64,000 nucleotides of DNA, from the sequence record MN563784.1; one strand, written 5' to 3'. Positions 10,181-18,746 of the stretch are shown in pieces. The notes below the pieces were generated by a model. The model did no database searches and was not told where the DNA came from. It saw nothing but the letters and a program-made list of their open reading frames with translations. How positions within the stretch are numbered: the first letter of the stretch is position 1; each line of letters opens with the position of its first letter. The position numbers and the translations under genes are program-made.

Positions 10181-10441
10181 ATGACAACTTTCCTGACTTT
10201 TAAATCTGACGAAGACTTGGAGAAAGAAGCAATCCGTCGTGCACGTGCTATCATGGGTTTCCGTGGTGACCGTGATGCAGCTACTCGTCAGGTATGCATC
10301 AATCCTGTACGAGGTAAGGATTACCGTAACTGGTTATCCCATAGCGCTACCTGGAAAGATGGTAACATTGTTGTTGATGAAGATAGTCTCATTGAGCTAG
10401 CCCGTGCCATCATTGATGAGACCTACCTGCACGATATGTAA
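10181..10441 (+). CDS. Hypothetical early protein
   Basis: SD aagga; 86 aa. Confidence 0.75.
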   Translation: MTTFLTFKSDEDLEKEAIRRARAIMGFRGDRDAATRQVCINPVRGKDYRNWLSHSATWKDGNIVVDEDSLIELARAIIDETYLHDM

Positions 10442-10457
10442 TAACTACTACTCCCTT

Positions 10458-10521
10458 ATTCAAACATATTTAAACAGTATATTACTAACTTGATATTTAA
10501 CCTTCAATTAATGTAAAAAGG
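10458..10521 (+). promoter_or_regulatory. Early promoter plus RBS cassette, copy 2
   Basis: TATATTAC at 10478-10485; 53 nt identical to 8618-8670. Confidence 0.85.
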
Positions 10522-10531
10522 GACTTTAAAA

Positions 10532-10681
10532 ATGAAAGCATTCGCACTAGTGGTTATTGGTTTGACTTTTGGTGGACTGTTTGTAAACGCTAAGTTTGAA
10601 GAGCAAACTATTTCTAATGAAACTGTTATCCTCGGTCATCGTATCGGTCCCAATGGTCAAGAAATGCTCGTAACTAAATAG
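10532..10681 (+). CDS. 49 aa small membrane/secreted protein (below ORF-track cutoff)
   Basis: MKAFALVVIGLTFGGLFVNAKFEEQ...LVTK; first ORF after early promoter, SD aaggga. Confidence 0.65.
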   Translation: MKAFALVVIGLTFGGLFVNAKFEEQTISNETVILGHRIGPNGQEMLVTK

Positions 10682-10691
10682 AGAAATAAAA

Positions 10692-11033
10692 ATGGAAAAG
10701 TCCGTAGCAGTTAAAGTAATCGACAACATGTGCCGTCCGAATATCGTTGCTCGCATGAATGGTAAACTGGTCTACCATGCTCGTAATGTAAAAATAGTAG
10801 AAGGTAAGGATCTATGGCCGAACCGCACTGACGTAGATGATGTTCGTGTACTGGTCGGTGAAGCCTTCCGTAACGGTGAATGGGTACCCATGCGCAGTTC
10901 TAGCCTGGTTAACGTAGATGCTGTTACCGGTGTATACGAAACCCTCAACTCTGTTTACATTGCTCCGGATCTTCTGGGAAGTCTCTCGGTGGGTCCTGAT
11001 ATCTTCAATGATGATGCAACTTTGAAAGGATAA
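10692..11033 (+). CDS. Hypothetical early protein
   Basis: 113 aa, host-like codon usage. Confidence 0.8.
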   Translation: MEKSVAVKVIDNMCRPNIVARMNGKLVYHARNVKIVEGKDLWPNRTDVDDVRVLVGEAFRNGEWVPMRSSSLVNVDAVTGVYETLNSVYIAPDLLGSLSVGPDIFNDDATLKG

Positions 11034-11038
11034 TCAAT

Positions 11039-11431
11039 ATGAACTTCATCAAAGAAAACGCACTTGGTCTTATTGCACTGGCAGTTGGCGCAACAGCCGT
11101 TGCTGCCATCCTCGCGGTCAAAGCTACCGTAAAGGAAGACGGTCAGGCTGTAGCCGAACAGATCGAAAGCAGTATCTCTGATATTCTTATCGATAAGATC
11201 TCCACCTACCGCAACAGCGAACAACATCGCAAGCTGGTAAGTCGTATTCGTCGTGATCGAAATATCACAACGGAAGAGTTCATCAGCCGTATCCAGTTGG
11301 ATATCGCCATGAACGTCCTGCCGGAAGTAGAAGTACTTCTGGAATCGCATCGTGACCAGGTAACCGAAGAAGAATTCGAACGCCTGGTAGCCAACCTTCA
11401 ACACTTCGTACAACGGATCATTGCCAAATGA
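11039..11431 (+). CDS. Hypothetical membrane-anchored protein
   Basis: N-terminal TM segment LGLIALAVGATAVAAILAV; SD aagga. Confidence 0.8.
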   Translation: MNFIKENALGLIALAVGATAVAAILAVKATVKEDGQAVAEQIESSISDILIDKISTYRNSEQHRKLVSRIRRDRNITTEEFISRIQLDIAMNVLPEVEVLLESHRDQVTEEEFERLVANLQHFVQRIIAK

Positions 11432-11604
11432 AAGTAAAGATCGGAATGGGATTCATTGCAGTACTGATGGGTATCGCTGCCGCAGGTGGTGAGTTCTATT
11501 ACGATCTCACTAAACCTGAGGGCAAGGTATCTAAAGAGTGGTGCCAACACCCGGCTAAGCCGAAATGTACCATGTATGCATTCAACGTCAAAGAGGACAA
11601 GTAA
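11428..11604 (+). CDS. 58 aa membrane/secreted protein (below ORF-track cutoff)
   Basis: MKVKIGMGFIAVLMGIAAAGGEFYY...WCQHPAKPKC...; ATGA overlap upstream, abuts next ATG. Confidence 0.7.
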   Translation: MKVKIGMGFIAVLMGIAAAGGEFYYDLTKPEGKVSKEWCQHPAKPKCTMYAFNVKEDK

Positions 11605-12207
11605 ATGGAACAGCGTCTCCTGAAAGCTTTCAAGAACATAGATCCCGTGTTCACGCAGAAACAGCACAACGAGTTGATCGATCGACGCGGTGCCGACATG
11701 GGTTTGACTGTCAAGGTCGACGCCATGCTACTGTTGATCAAGAACGACCCGGTCAAGTACAAAGACCTGGAAACCAAGATCATCGAAGACGCCATCGCCT
11801 TCATAAAAGGTGAGCGTTCCTCCGATATCGCCCTGGGCCTGTTCAACAAGATGGTTTATCAGGACAACGGTCCCGATGCCGTCGGCCTGCTGGAATACGC
11901 CAAGGTTTCCGAGTACAAGAACATCCACGTGGATGAGTCCTGTGCTTGGGTCAACGTCTACCGTGGCAAGCTGAAGACCTTCATGGTTACATTCATCTCC
12001 CAATGTGCCGGTAACGCTCTGGTACGTTCGGAACTGAAGACTCTTCAACATCAGCGTTACAATATCGCTAAGCAGAACTTCCGCGACATGAACAAACCTG
12101 TGCCTGAAGGTACTGTGAAAGAACTGGCCAAAATGTACGGTAAATCCATCTCGGAAATCCGTCGCATGAAAGCCGAAGGTCGTCTTGGGGAACTGACCCA
12201 AGAATAA
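11605..12207 (+). CDS. Hypothetical protein with C-terminal HTH-like segment
   Basis: TVKELAKMYGKSISEIRRMK at C-terminus. Confidence 0.75.
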   Translation: MEQRLLKAFKNIDPVFTQKQHNELIDRRGADMGLTVKVDAMLLLIKNDPVKYKDLETKIIEDAIAFIKGERSSDIALGLFNKMVYQDNGPDAVGLLEYAKVSEYKNIHVDESCAWVNVYRGKLKTFMVTFISQCAGNALVRSELKTLQHQRYNIAKQNFRDMNKPVPEGTVKELAKMYGKSISEIRRMKAEGRLGELTQE

Positions 12208-12301
12208 TAGATGGGTCTCTTCGGAGACCCCATCTCAATGCGTCTTGAAAAGGATGCATTGAGATGTACTCAACCCAATCAATCGTAAAAAGGAAATTAC
12301 C

Positions 12302-13414
12302 ATGAAACAGTATCGTGAACCCGTAACCCGTCTGACCAAAGAAAAACTGGAATGGGTTATCAGCCGTCGTAAAGAAAGAAAGGCCGAACAACCTTTCGGT
12401 CGTGCCCATTTCCCTGCCGGTACTCGTGCTATCTTCGAATCCTGCTCCCTTCGTTACCTGGATGAGAATGAACGTGTGTATCCTGGACAGCGCTACGAGA
12501 CATTCGAAGCTACTGTTCTCGGCGTTGTGGCCAATGGTCATAACAGTTATGTCGCTATTCTGGACATGCCCTGTGATCTTACTGAAAGCCGTAACAAGGC
12601 AATCAACGTCAGTTGGTGCCGTGGTATTGTATCGCGCGGTGAAGGTAATTTCACCTGGTTCAAAGAAGAGTCAACCGAGTATGATCGCAATCATGGTTGG
12701 AACATCCGTGAGAAACATCCGACTGTTCGTTGGGCAGAAGGTCCTCGTCCTACTAAAGTACGTAGCCTTACCTGGGCAGAGGAATTCGATTATAACCGCG
12801 CAGTAGATCCGGTATACATCGAAATCAACAAACATCACAGTCAGTACTATATCACTGACATGCGTTCGTTTGTGATGTTCACTCTTCGGGAACATCCTGC
12901 TTATGCAAACTCGTTTAAAGATCATCTGCACAAACTGGACAAGCTAGTCATGGCGCTGTACTCCGATCCGACTATCAAAGCAGCTGAAGTAAAGCTGTCT
13001 CGCTACTCTGTTAGCTGGTTGATCAGCAAGAAGAAGTTCCATAAAGTCCTGCAACGCCTGCTTCCGTTCTACAAGACTTCTCGTCGTAAGGCGCAAGAAG
13101 AAGACGATAAAGCAATTAGCGAGATGTATGAGGCTGAACTGGACCGTGACCTCAGTGAACAGTATGGTGAGTCTGATGATACCTCGGATGAATCAAGCTA
13201 TTCATGGAATGACAGCACGCCCCTGGATGATGATGATCTGAATGTGTTTGATATGTACGACGACTCGGCATGCTCGCGTGAAATCAGTGATGATGTTCAA
13301 CCCAAAACTATTGGTGAACTCCTGCGTGAAGCAATGGGGAACCCTGAAGAAGAGAAATCCAAATTAGTTATTGGAAGTATGGAAACTCTTTCTAAAGCGG
13401 TTATCATCAAATAG
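12302..13414 (+). CDS. Early protein, probably the ribosome-binding phiKZ gp14 homolog
   Basis: 370 aa with acidic disordered tail; size and position fit my recollection of PhiKZ014; not verified by alignment. Confidence 0.5.
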   Translation: MKQYREPVTRLTKEKLEWVISRRKERKAEQPFGRAHFPAGTRAIFESCSLRYLDENERVYPGQRYETFEATVLGVVANGHNSYVAILDMPCDLTESRNKAINVSWCRGIVSRGEGNFTWFKEESTEYDRNHGWNIREKHPTVRWAEGPRPTKVRSLTWAEEFDYNRAVDPVYIEINKHHSQYYITDMRSFVMFTLREHPAYANSFKDHLHKLDKLVMALYSDPTIKAAEVKLSRYSVSWLISKKKFHKVLQRLLPFYKTSRRKAQEEDDKAISEMYEAELDRDLSEQYGESDDTSDESSYSWNDSTPLDDDDLNVFDMYDDSACSREISDDVQPKTIGELLREAMGNPEEEKSKLVIGSMETLSKAVIIK

Positions 13415-13429
13415 ATTACACGCAATAAT

Positions 13430-13456
13430 GGGAGTCTTCGGACTCCCTTTTATTTT
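13430..13456 (+). terminator. Intrinsic terminator, UUCG loop
   Basis: gggagtc-ttcg-gactccc-ttttatttt. Confidence 0.85.
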
Positions 13457-13518
13457 CTACATCGTATTATTTTTTTATTTAGCAATATATTCATAAACTG
13501 TAAAAAGGAAGATATCTC

Positions 13519-14520
13519 ATGATCATCAATGCAACCATCACTCGCGCAATGTTGAGTGCTCAAACTACAGAATCATCGCTTCTGTTTATTCTGACACACC
13601 TACATGGCAGTCCAGATGCTACTTCGTCGGATATGAACGACACCAAGCGCATTCTCGCCTCTAACGATCCTCTAAGTACCCTGTGGCAATGTGGTTGCCA
13701 TTTGGTCGTATCGGAAGACGAACGCTGGTTCATTTCTCCATTCGGTGATACTGTACGCCTGGCATACCAGCACAAAGTACGTGGTAGCTGGATTACTTTC
13801 GGCATAGACCTGTTCGATCCGGAAGAATCCGAATCGGTACTATTGGCTATCCGTAGGCGGCTCCGCACCGGTTTCCCAGCAGATGAACTTGAAGTTAACT
13901 GTGGTATCAAAGGTTACCTAGAAGAAAGTTACGAGGTCAACGGGACCGGTTTGTGGAGCGTAGGTCGGATCATTCTGGCTCTGCATCCCACCAGCCCTTT
14001 CCGTTTTGCTGCTCTGGAACGTTTGTACGAGATTGCTAAGTTCCATAAGAACTACGCTGACATCGTGGATAATGTCGGGATCAATCATGATCGTAATTAC
14101 CTGAATAACATCGTTGATGGAAAATGGGTGGTCGAAGAGAAAGATGCTCAAGCTGTATTGAACAGCTACTTCACTTCGATGCTGAAGTTATTCTTCGACC
14201 GTGGTTTCTACTATCAGGATACTATCGATGGCGGCAGGATCGATGTTCGTAGCAATGAAGGATCGTACTACCTCATTGGTGGTAATGCCACTGTAAATAC
14301 CATCAATATCACTTACCTCAGTGCTAACAAAATAGAGATTCGTGATGGTGAATGGGAGTTCGCTTGGGACTGCAACAACACTGAATACTTCTTCGCTGAA
14401 CATCCAGTAGATGCACTGCTTGCATATCACAAGCGTGTTGATCAGGAACATTCTTACAAAGCCACTGGTCTTGGTCATAGCCTGGAAGACATCCACAAGG
14501 TTCAACATATTCTAAAATGA
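13519..14520 (+). CDS. Hypothetical protein
   Basis: 333 aa, SD aagga. Confidence 0.8.
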   Translation: MIINATITRAMLSAQTTESSLLFILTHLHGSPDATSSDMNDTKRILASNDPLSTLWQCGCHLVVSEDERWFISPFGDTVRLAYQHKVRGSWITFGIDLFDPEESESVLLAIRRRLRTGFPADELEVNCGIKGYLEESYEVNGTGLWSVGRIILALHPTSPFRFAALERLYEIAKFHKNYADIVDNVGINHDRNYLNNIVDGKWVVEEKDAQAVLNSYFTSMLKLFFDRGFYYQDTIDGGRIDVRSNEGSYYLIGGNATVNTINITYLSANKIEIRDGEWEFAWDCNNTEYFFAEHPVDALLAYHKRVDQEHSYKATGLGHSLEDIHKVQHILK

Positions 14521-14532
14521 GGAAGATTAATT

Positions 14533-15012
14533 ATGTCGTATAACCTAGGCATTGTCACTCGCAATAAGTCGGCACTGATTGTCACCAATGATTACAAATA
14601 TGATGAGTTCGTTCTACTAAAACCGACCAGTGGTCTCAAGGTAGAAGGTCAGTTGGTGCAATTGGTCTGTATCTGTTTCGGTGACAAGGAAAAGCGTTCT
14701 CTGACTCACAAGATCATGACCAATGCTGAACAAGCAGATTACACCAAGGAAGACATCCTGGCTATGATGAAGGAACACGGTGTAGAACTTCGAGTGATCA
14801 CTGATAAGGCAGTTCATGTATTTCAGTACATTCGTGATGTGGCTATCCATGGTGTGGTTGATTCCAATAACACCACCTTCTGGTTCGGCGACACGGAACA
14901 CCGAAAATTGTTTTATCCGTATTGCGGTATTGAAGGTAAATCTTTTCATCATGCCCATCGTGATAAAGAATTGTGTCGGGTATTTGAGTTTGTCGCTGTA
15001 ATCAATTGGTAA
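14533..15012 (+). CDS. Hypothetical protein
   Basis: 159 aa, SD gagga. Confidence 0.8.
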   Translation: MSYNLGIVTRNKSALIVTNDYKYDEFVLLKPTSGLKVEGQLVQLVCICFGDKEKRSLTHKIMTNAEQADYTKEDILAMMKEHGVELRVITDKAVHVFQYIRDVAIHGVVDSNNTTFWFGDTEHRKLFYPYCGIEGKSFHHAHRDKELCRVFEFVAVINW

Positions 15013-15018
15013 CGATAT

Positions 15019-15049
15019 AAATACCCTCCTTCGGGAGGGTATTTATTTT
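15019..15049 (+). terminator. Intrinsic terminator, UUCG loop
   Basis: aaataccctcc-ttcg-ggagggtattt-atttt. Confidence 0.85.
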
Positions 15050-15068
15050 GTGATTAGAGGAATAAAAA

Positions 15069-15212
15069 ATGGTAGGTTATCGTATTATTGCTTTTAATGG
15101 TACTCAGTGGGAATCTCCGAGTGGGTACACCATTCAGCAAGCGGTGAATGAGTTCCTAAAGAAATATGATTTACATGAATTAGATATTCGCAGTATTACC
15201 GCATTACACTAA
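15069..15212 (+). CDS. 47 aa hypothetical protein (below ORF-track cutoff)
   Basis: SD gagga; MVGYRIIAFNGTQWESPSGY...ALH. Confidence 0.6.
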   Translation: MVGYRIIAFNGTQWESPSGYTIQQAVNEFLKKYDLHELDIRSITALH

Positions 15213-15240
15213 ATCCAATTTTAAATAGGAATACGTATTA

Positions 15241-15633
15241 ATGAATTATAATGCAGAGAAATATGCCGCACTGCTAGTTTCAATTGCAGCAAACATTGAC
15301 ACTGTAAATAAACTCACCAAAGAAATTTTATCGTCTTCTGATAATAGGGATTTTCTCTATAATGTGCATCAAATGACTGACATGTCCCTCGCCAGTCTTC
15401 ATACGCATCTAACTAAAGAAGTCGAAAAGTTGGTAGAAACAATGGATCTAGTTAAAGATGGTCTATATGTCCAGGATGTTGAACTCATTAAGGGTAAGGG
15501 AAACTGGCGACATATCGCGGATAATGAACCTACCATCAACGCTATTAAAGCACTGCGTAAACACATTGGCGAAATCAGTGCATTAGAAGCTAGAACTGTT
15601 GTTAAAGGTTACAAGGCAGGTGTCTTAAAATAA
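15241..15633 (+). CDS. Hypothetical protein with a C-terminus resembling the ribosomal protein bL12 (L7/L12) CTD
   Basis: TINAIKALRKHIGEISALEARTVVK resembles bL12 [24 protein letters not shown] (by-eye match). Confidence 0.45.
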   Translation: MNYNAEKYAALLVSIAANIDTVNKLTKEILSSSDNRDFLYNVHQMTDMSLASLHTHLTKEVEKLVETMDLVKDGLYVQDVELIKGKGNWRHIADNEPTINAIKALRKHIGEISALEARTVVKGYKAGVLK

Positions 15634-15695
15634 CATCGAATAGTATTAAGTCTATCTTCTAGGAGGTATACTTAATAAATCATGAGGAAAATATA

Positions 15696-16025
15696 ATGTC
15701 CAATATGAAAAAATCTAGTTTGAAAGAATTCTTCGAACATATCACTCAGGCTGATCCATTTAATCCTTATTCCTTCATCTACTCCAGACCTATGCAATAC
15801 GCTGGTGAAGATAGCGAGTACGCACTACATGTTACGTATGTGCATGGTGCAGCTTACATTGAAGGTCTTGTTGGCCATGAAGGAATCAGAATCAATGTAT
15901 TCTACAATAAACTCCAAGGTATTCAACTTTGGACATACTTTGATAACGAACCTCGTGTTGATTCATGGCCGTATTATCAAGTTGATGCAGCTTTAGAAGA
16001 AATCATCCGCCTAACTAAACTATAA
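15696..16025 (+). CDS. Hypothetical protein
   Basis: SD gagga; 109 aa. Confidence 0.75.
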   Translation: MSNMKKSSLKEFFEHITQADPFNPYSFIYSRPMQYAGEDSEYALHVTYVHGAAYIEGLVGHEGIRINVFYNKLQGIQLWTYFDNEPRVDSWPYYQVDAALEEIIRLTKL

Positions 16026-16054
16026 ACTCTATTTATAAAAAATAGGTGAAGAAA

Positions 16055-16264
16055 ATGATCTATCTGGGATGGTTTACCATTATCTTTGTTACAATGAGTC
16101 TATGTCTGTTTTATGTATTTTGTCACCGTAGTATTCGTGAATCACACCCAGGTGTAATAGAAAAACAGACTACTCGAAAAATTGTTATTTGGGCTGGTAT
16201 TCTATTGGCACTCGCTTACTTAAATGAAATCAGCCGAGTCTATATAGAGCAGATGGTAACCTAA
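16055..16264 (+). CDS. Two-TM membrane protein, paralog A
   Basis: Start moved to ATG 16055 (SD aggtga); 69 aa, same length as and clearly similar to 18743-18952. Confidence 0.75.
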   Translation: MIYLGWFTIIFVTMSLCLFYVFCHRSIRESHPGVIEKQTTRKIVIWAGILLALAYLNEISRVYIEQMVT

Positions 16265-16315
16265 ATATTCAATAACTCCGAAATAATCAAAACTATTTAA
16301 TATATCAAAAGGAAT

Positions 16316-16357
16316 ATTTCAATGTTCGAAACCCAAGTCGCTCTTACTGATGAACTC
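16316..16357 (+). repeat. 42 nt exact direct repeat, copy 1
   Basis: atttcaatgttcgaaacccaagtcgctcttactgatgaactc, also at 17411-17452. Confidence 0.95.
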
Positions 16358-16609
16358 AAACAGACTTTTGATCAGATGACTCAAGAATTCATCCGTGAAA
16401 AAGGTTACATCACTTGTGAATTCTCGATTCAACAAAAATACCTCGTGGCAGCGCACGACTACGTTTATGTGAAAAACCGCGAGCTGCCTTCGTATGGAAT
16501 GTGGCGTATCTTCAAATGCGAGGCATGTATCAGCCATAATGTGGATCATCCTTATCATGTCGAAATCTTGGCACTGGCGGCCATCGATACGAAGGAACAC
16601 AATATCTAA
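16322..16609 (+). CDS. Hypothetical protein
   Basis: SD aagga; 95 aa. Confidence 0.75.
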   Translation: MFETQVALTDELKQTFDQMTQEFIREKGYITCEFSIQQKYLVAAHDYVYVKNRELPSYGMWRIFKCEACISHNVDHPYHVEILALAAIDTKEHNI

Positions 16610-16659
16610 CAACTGGAAGATAATCATAATGTCCAACATACTAAATGTGAGCCCACCGT

Positions 16660-16965
16660 GTGGGAACAAGAGAAGTGATTAACATTAATCATGATCTACC
16701 TATCTGGATATTACTACTGTTAAGTACAGCTACATCATTCATCTATGCCTTTGTAAAAACCTTTCAACAAAGAAACATCTTTCATGGGTACAAAAAAGCT
16801 GCTTTCTTCACCTCATGGGGTATCAGTACCCTTGAGTTGACCACCATTGGACTATTTGTAATAGTGGGTCTTCCTGCTATCATATCCAGCGGTCTAGGTG
16901 GTTCGATAGGCGTCGTGTTGGCAATGACGTTCCATGATAAGATTTTTCGTAAAACAACAGAATAG
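16660..16965 (+). CDS. Multi-pass small membrane protein
   Basis: Three or four hydrophobic segments, FQQRN and GLGGSIG motifs; GTG start uncertain. Confidence 0.65.
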   Translation: MGTREVININHDLPIWILLLLSTATSFIYAFVKTFQQRNIFHGYKKAAFFTSWGISTLELTTIGLFVIVGLPAIISSGLGGSIGVVLAMTFHDKIFRKTTE

Positions 16966-16976
16966 GAAAAAACATA

Positions 16977-17315
16977 ATGTCTAGGAAACTTGGAAAGAAA
17001 CATCCTCGCAATCATCACGAAGATGCAAAGAAATACGAAACTCGGCTACGTACCGAGAAAGCTGAGTTGGCTAACTGCCGGCTTGGTCAACTGTACTCGG
17101 TTCGAATCCTGAATGATAACTGCTTCTTGCGTAATCGATTCATGTGTCAGGAACAAGATATGTTCGATCCTCTTCGCTTGACCCGTGCTAAACGAGAACG
17201 TTATTTCAAAGGGGAGCGTTACTGGCTAAATGCCGCCGGCGCTAAGTTCATCCGTTCCGATTATGAAAAGAACTGGGCCAAAAACAAACGTAAGGAGATG
17301 GCCAATGAGCAGTAG
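16977..17315 (+). CDS. Basic hypothetical protein
   Basis: SD agga; 112 aa, K/R rich. Confidence 0.75.
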   Translation: MSRKLGKKHPRNHHEDAKKYETRLRTEKAELANCRLGQLYSVRILNDNCFLRNRFMCQEQDMFDPLRLTRAKRERYFKGERYWLNAAGAKFIRSDYEKNWAKNKRKEMANEQ

Positions 17316-17445
17316 TTATAATCCACCGGTGGACACCGTTGATGTCCTCCATATCGACTGCGAGTATGAAAAGTTCTCGTTTGGCAAGTTGTTCCAACGA
17401 ATGATCGATCATTTCAATGTTCGAAACCCAAGTCGCTCTTACTGA
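17305..17445 (+). CDS. 46 aa hypothetical protein
   Basis: SD aaggag at 17292-17297, ATG 17305 inside track ORF 17230-17445. Confidence 0.55.
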   Translation: MSSSYNPPVDTVDVLHIDCEYEKFSFGKLFQRMIDHFNVRNPSRSY

Positions 17446-17452
17446 TGAACTC
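17411..17452 (+). repeat. 42 nt exact direct repeat, copy 2
   Basis: Identical to 16316-16357. Confidence 0.95.
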
Positions 17453-17702
17453 TAACAAGCTACGAGGGATACTGACTGACCTCGGTATACTCCCACCTCG
17501 CTTTGTTGAGAGCACCGATATCCGTGTCGGCAACTTCCGATTTCAGCGCTGGAAAACCCAGGTCCTCAAACCTGCTGCTCCTGGTTATCGGAAGTGGATT
17601 GACGTGGGTAGGTTAGAATGGGTGGAGGTTAAATACCACCTCAACAAATTACTTAAAGAGAATAATCTCAATATCCAAGAAGAAAGTAATCGGTCTGGAT
17701 AA
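17445..17702 (+). CDS. Hypothetical protein (possibly frameshifted near its 3' end)
   Basis: 85 aa, TGATG overlap with upstream stop. Confidence 0.6.
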   Translation: MNSNKLRGILTDLGILPPRFVESTDIRVGNFRFQRWKTQVLKPAAPGYRKWIDVGRLEWVEVKYHLNKLLKENNLNIQEESNRSG

Positions 17703-17848
17703 CCTCCGGAAGCTCCTGTCAGATCAACTCAACCCGCCACGTCAGTTAACAGACGCTGTACGCGAGAAAAATCTTCACAGCAAGTAACGATATAAGGCCC
17801 CTCCCTTCGGGTAGGGATTGTCTATTCATTTCTTAACAGGAAATTCTA

Positions 17849-18184
17849 ATGGAAGACTTCAAAGAAATCGAGATTTACAGTATGACGTTCATCGACCATT
17901 CGGAAAATGCTTCTCGTGTAGTGATTGCACAGATCACTACTTTGGATGATCGTACTGTTTACGGGGTAATGGAGGTCAATGGTTTCGGCGGTCAGGCCAC
18001 TACTAATCTGCGTCGATTCGAACAGAACCGTCAACACGCTCGTTACTTCTTCACCAAGTCGGTAGCCACTGCTCACGCCGAGGCTTACGTCAAGTACCTG
18101 AATGACGACATGGTCGAACAAGACTACCTCGATATGAATACCGGCTACAACTACACCGAATTTATGAACATGGTAAATATCTGA
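17849..18184 (+). CDS. Hypothetical protein
   Basis: SD agga; 111 aa. Confidence 0.75.
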   Translation: MEDFKEIEIYSMTFIDHSENASRVVIAQITTLDDRTVYGVMEVNGFGGQATTNLRRFEQNRQHARYFFTKSVATAHAEAYVKYLNDDMVEQDYLDMNTGYNYTEFMNMVNI

Positions 18185-18191
18185 GGTCATC

Positions 18192-18746
18192 ATGGACAAA
18201 AAATTGAAGGAATTCCAAGCAGTGACCCCTGGTGTTGATCGTTTCGTTTACTGTGAGAAGACTGACACCTGGCTTCCGAAGGCTACTCATCCTCTGGATT
18301 GTCACCGTAATAAAAACGCGATAACAGCATTCGATAAAGCCAACGAAGAAATTCAAGAACGTTGGTTCTACTGGTGCATTGCATGGGAGAAAGCTTCTGT
18401 TCGCCCTACAATGGAAACCGAACTCTGGAAGAACCCGTTCATCTCTGTTGAAGAACGACTGGAGATTGCAGAAGGCGCCATCGCGTTCCGTAACGAGGTC
18501 ATCAGAAATCTCCAGGGGCGTTTAGTTTCGCCAACGATTGCCGAGTTCAAACTTAACGACGAAATGGTGGAAGCTATCTTGGATAGCAGTTACACTGTAA
18601 AAGATTTCGATCGGAACTCGGAAACGGGCGAAGTAGAGCTTCAGTATCAGATTTCCAATAACTTCCACAATCGCGAGTTGGCACGTGATACTGTTCACCG
18701 TATCATCAATGCCCTCAAACAACTTACCCCGGTGCAACAGCAATGA
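18192..18746 (+). CDS. Hypothetical protein
   Basis: SD gagg; 184 aa. Confidence 0.8.
   Translation: MDKKLKEFQAVTPGVDRFVYCEKTDTWLPKATHPLDCHRNKNAITAFDKANEEIQERWFYWCIAWEKASVRPTMETELWKNPFISVEERLEIAEGAIAFRNEVIRNLQGRLVSPTIAEFKLNDEMVEAILDSSYTVKDFDRNSETGEVELQYQISNNFHNRELARDTVHRIINALKQLTPVQQQ

Noticed and set aside
8102-10521. CRISPR-like array from the four spaced promoter repeats
   Set aside because: Spacers are hundreds of bases long and contain whole genes; the repeats are early promoters
10955-12931. Long minus-strand ORFs in the early region (10955-11413, 11728-12201, 12068-12541 and others)
   Set aside because: Antisense to well-formed plus-strand genes; expected from RNY/GC-rich codon bias; no SD or promoter
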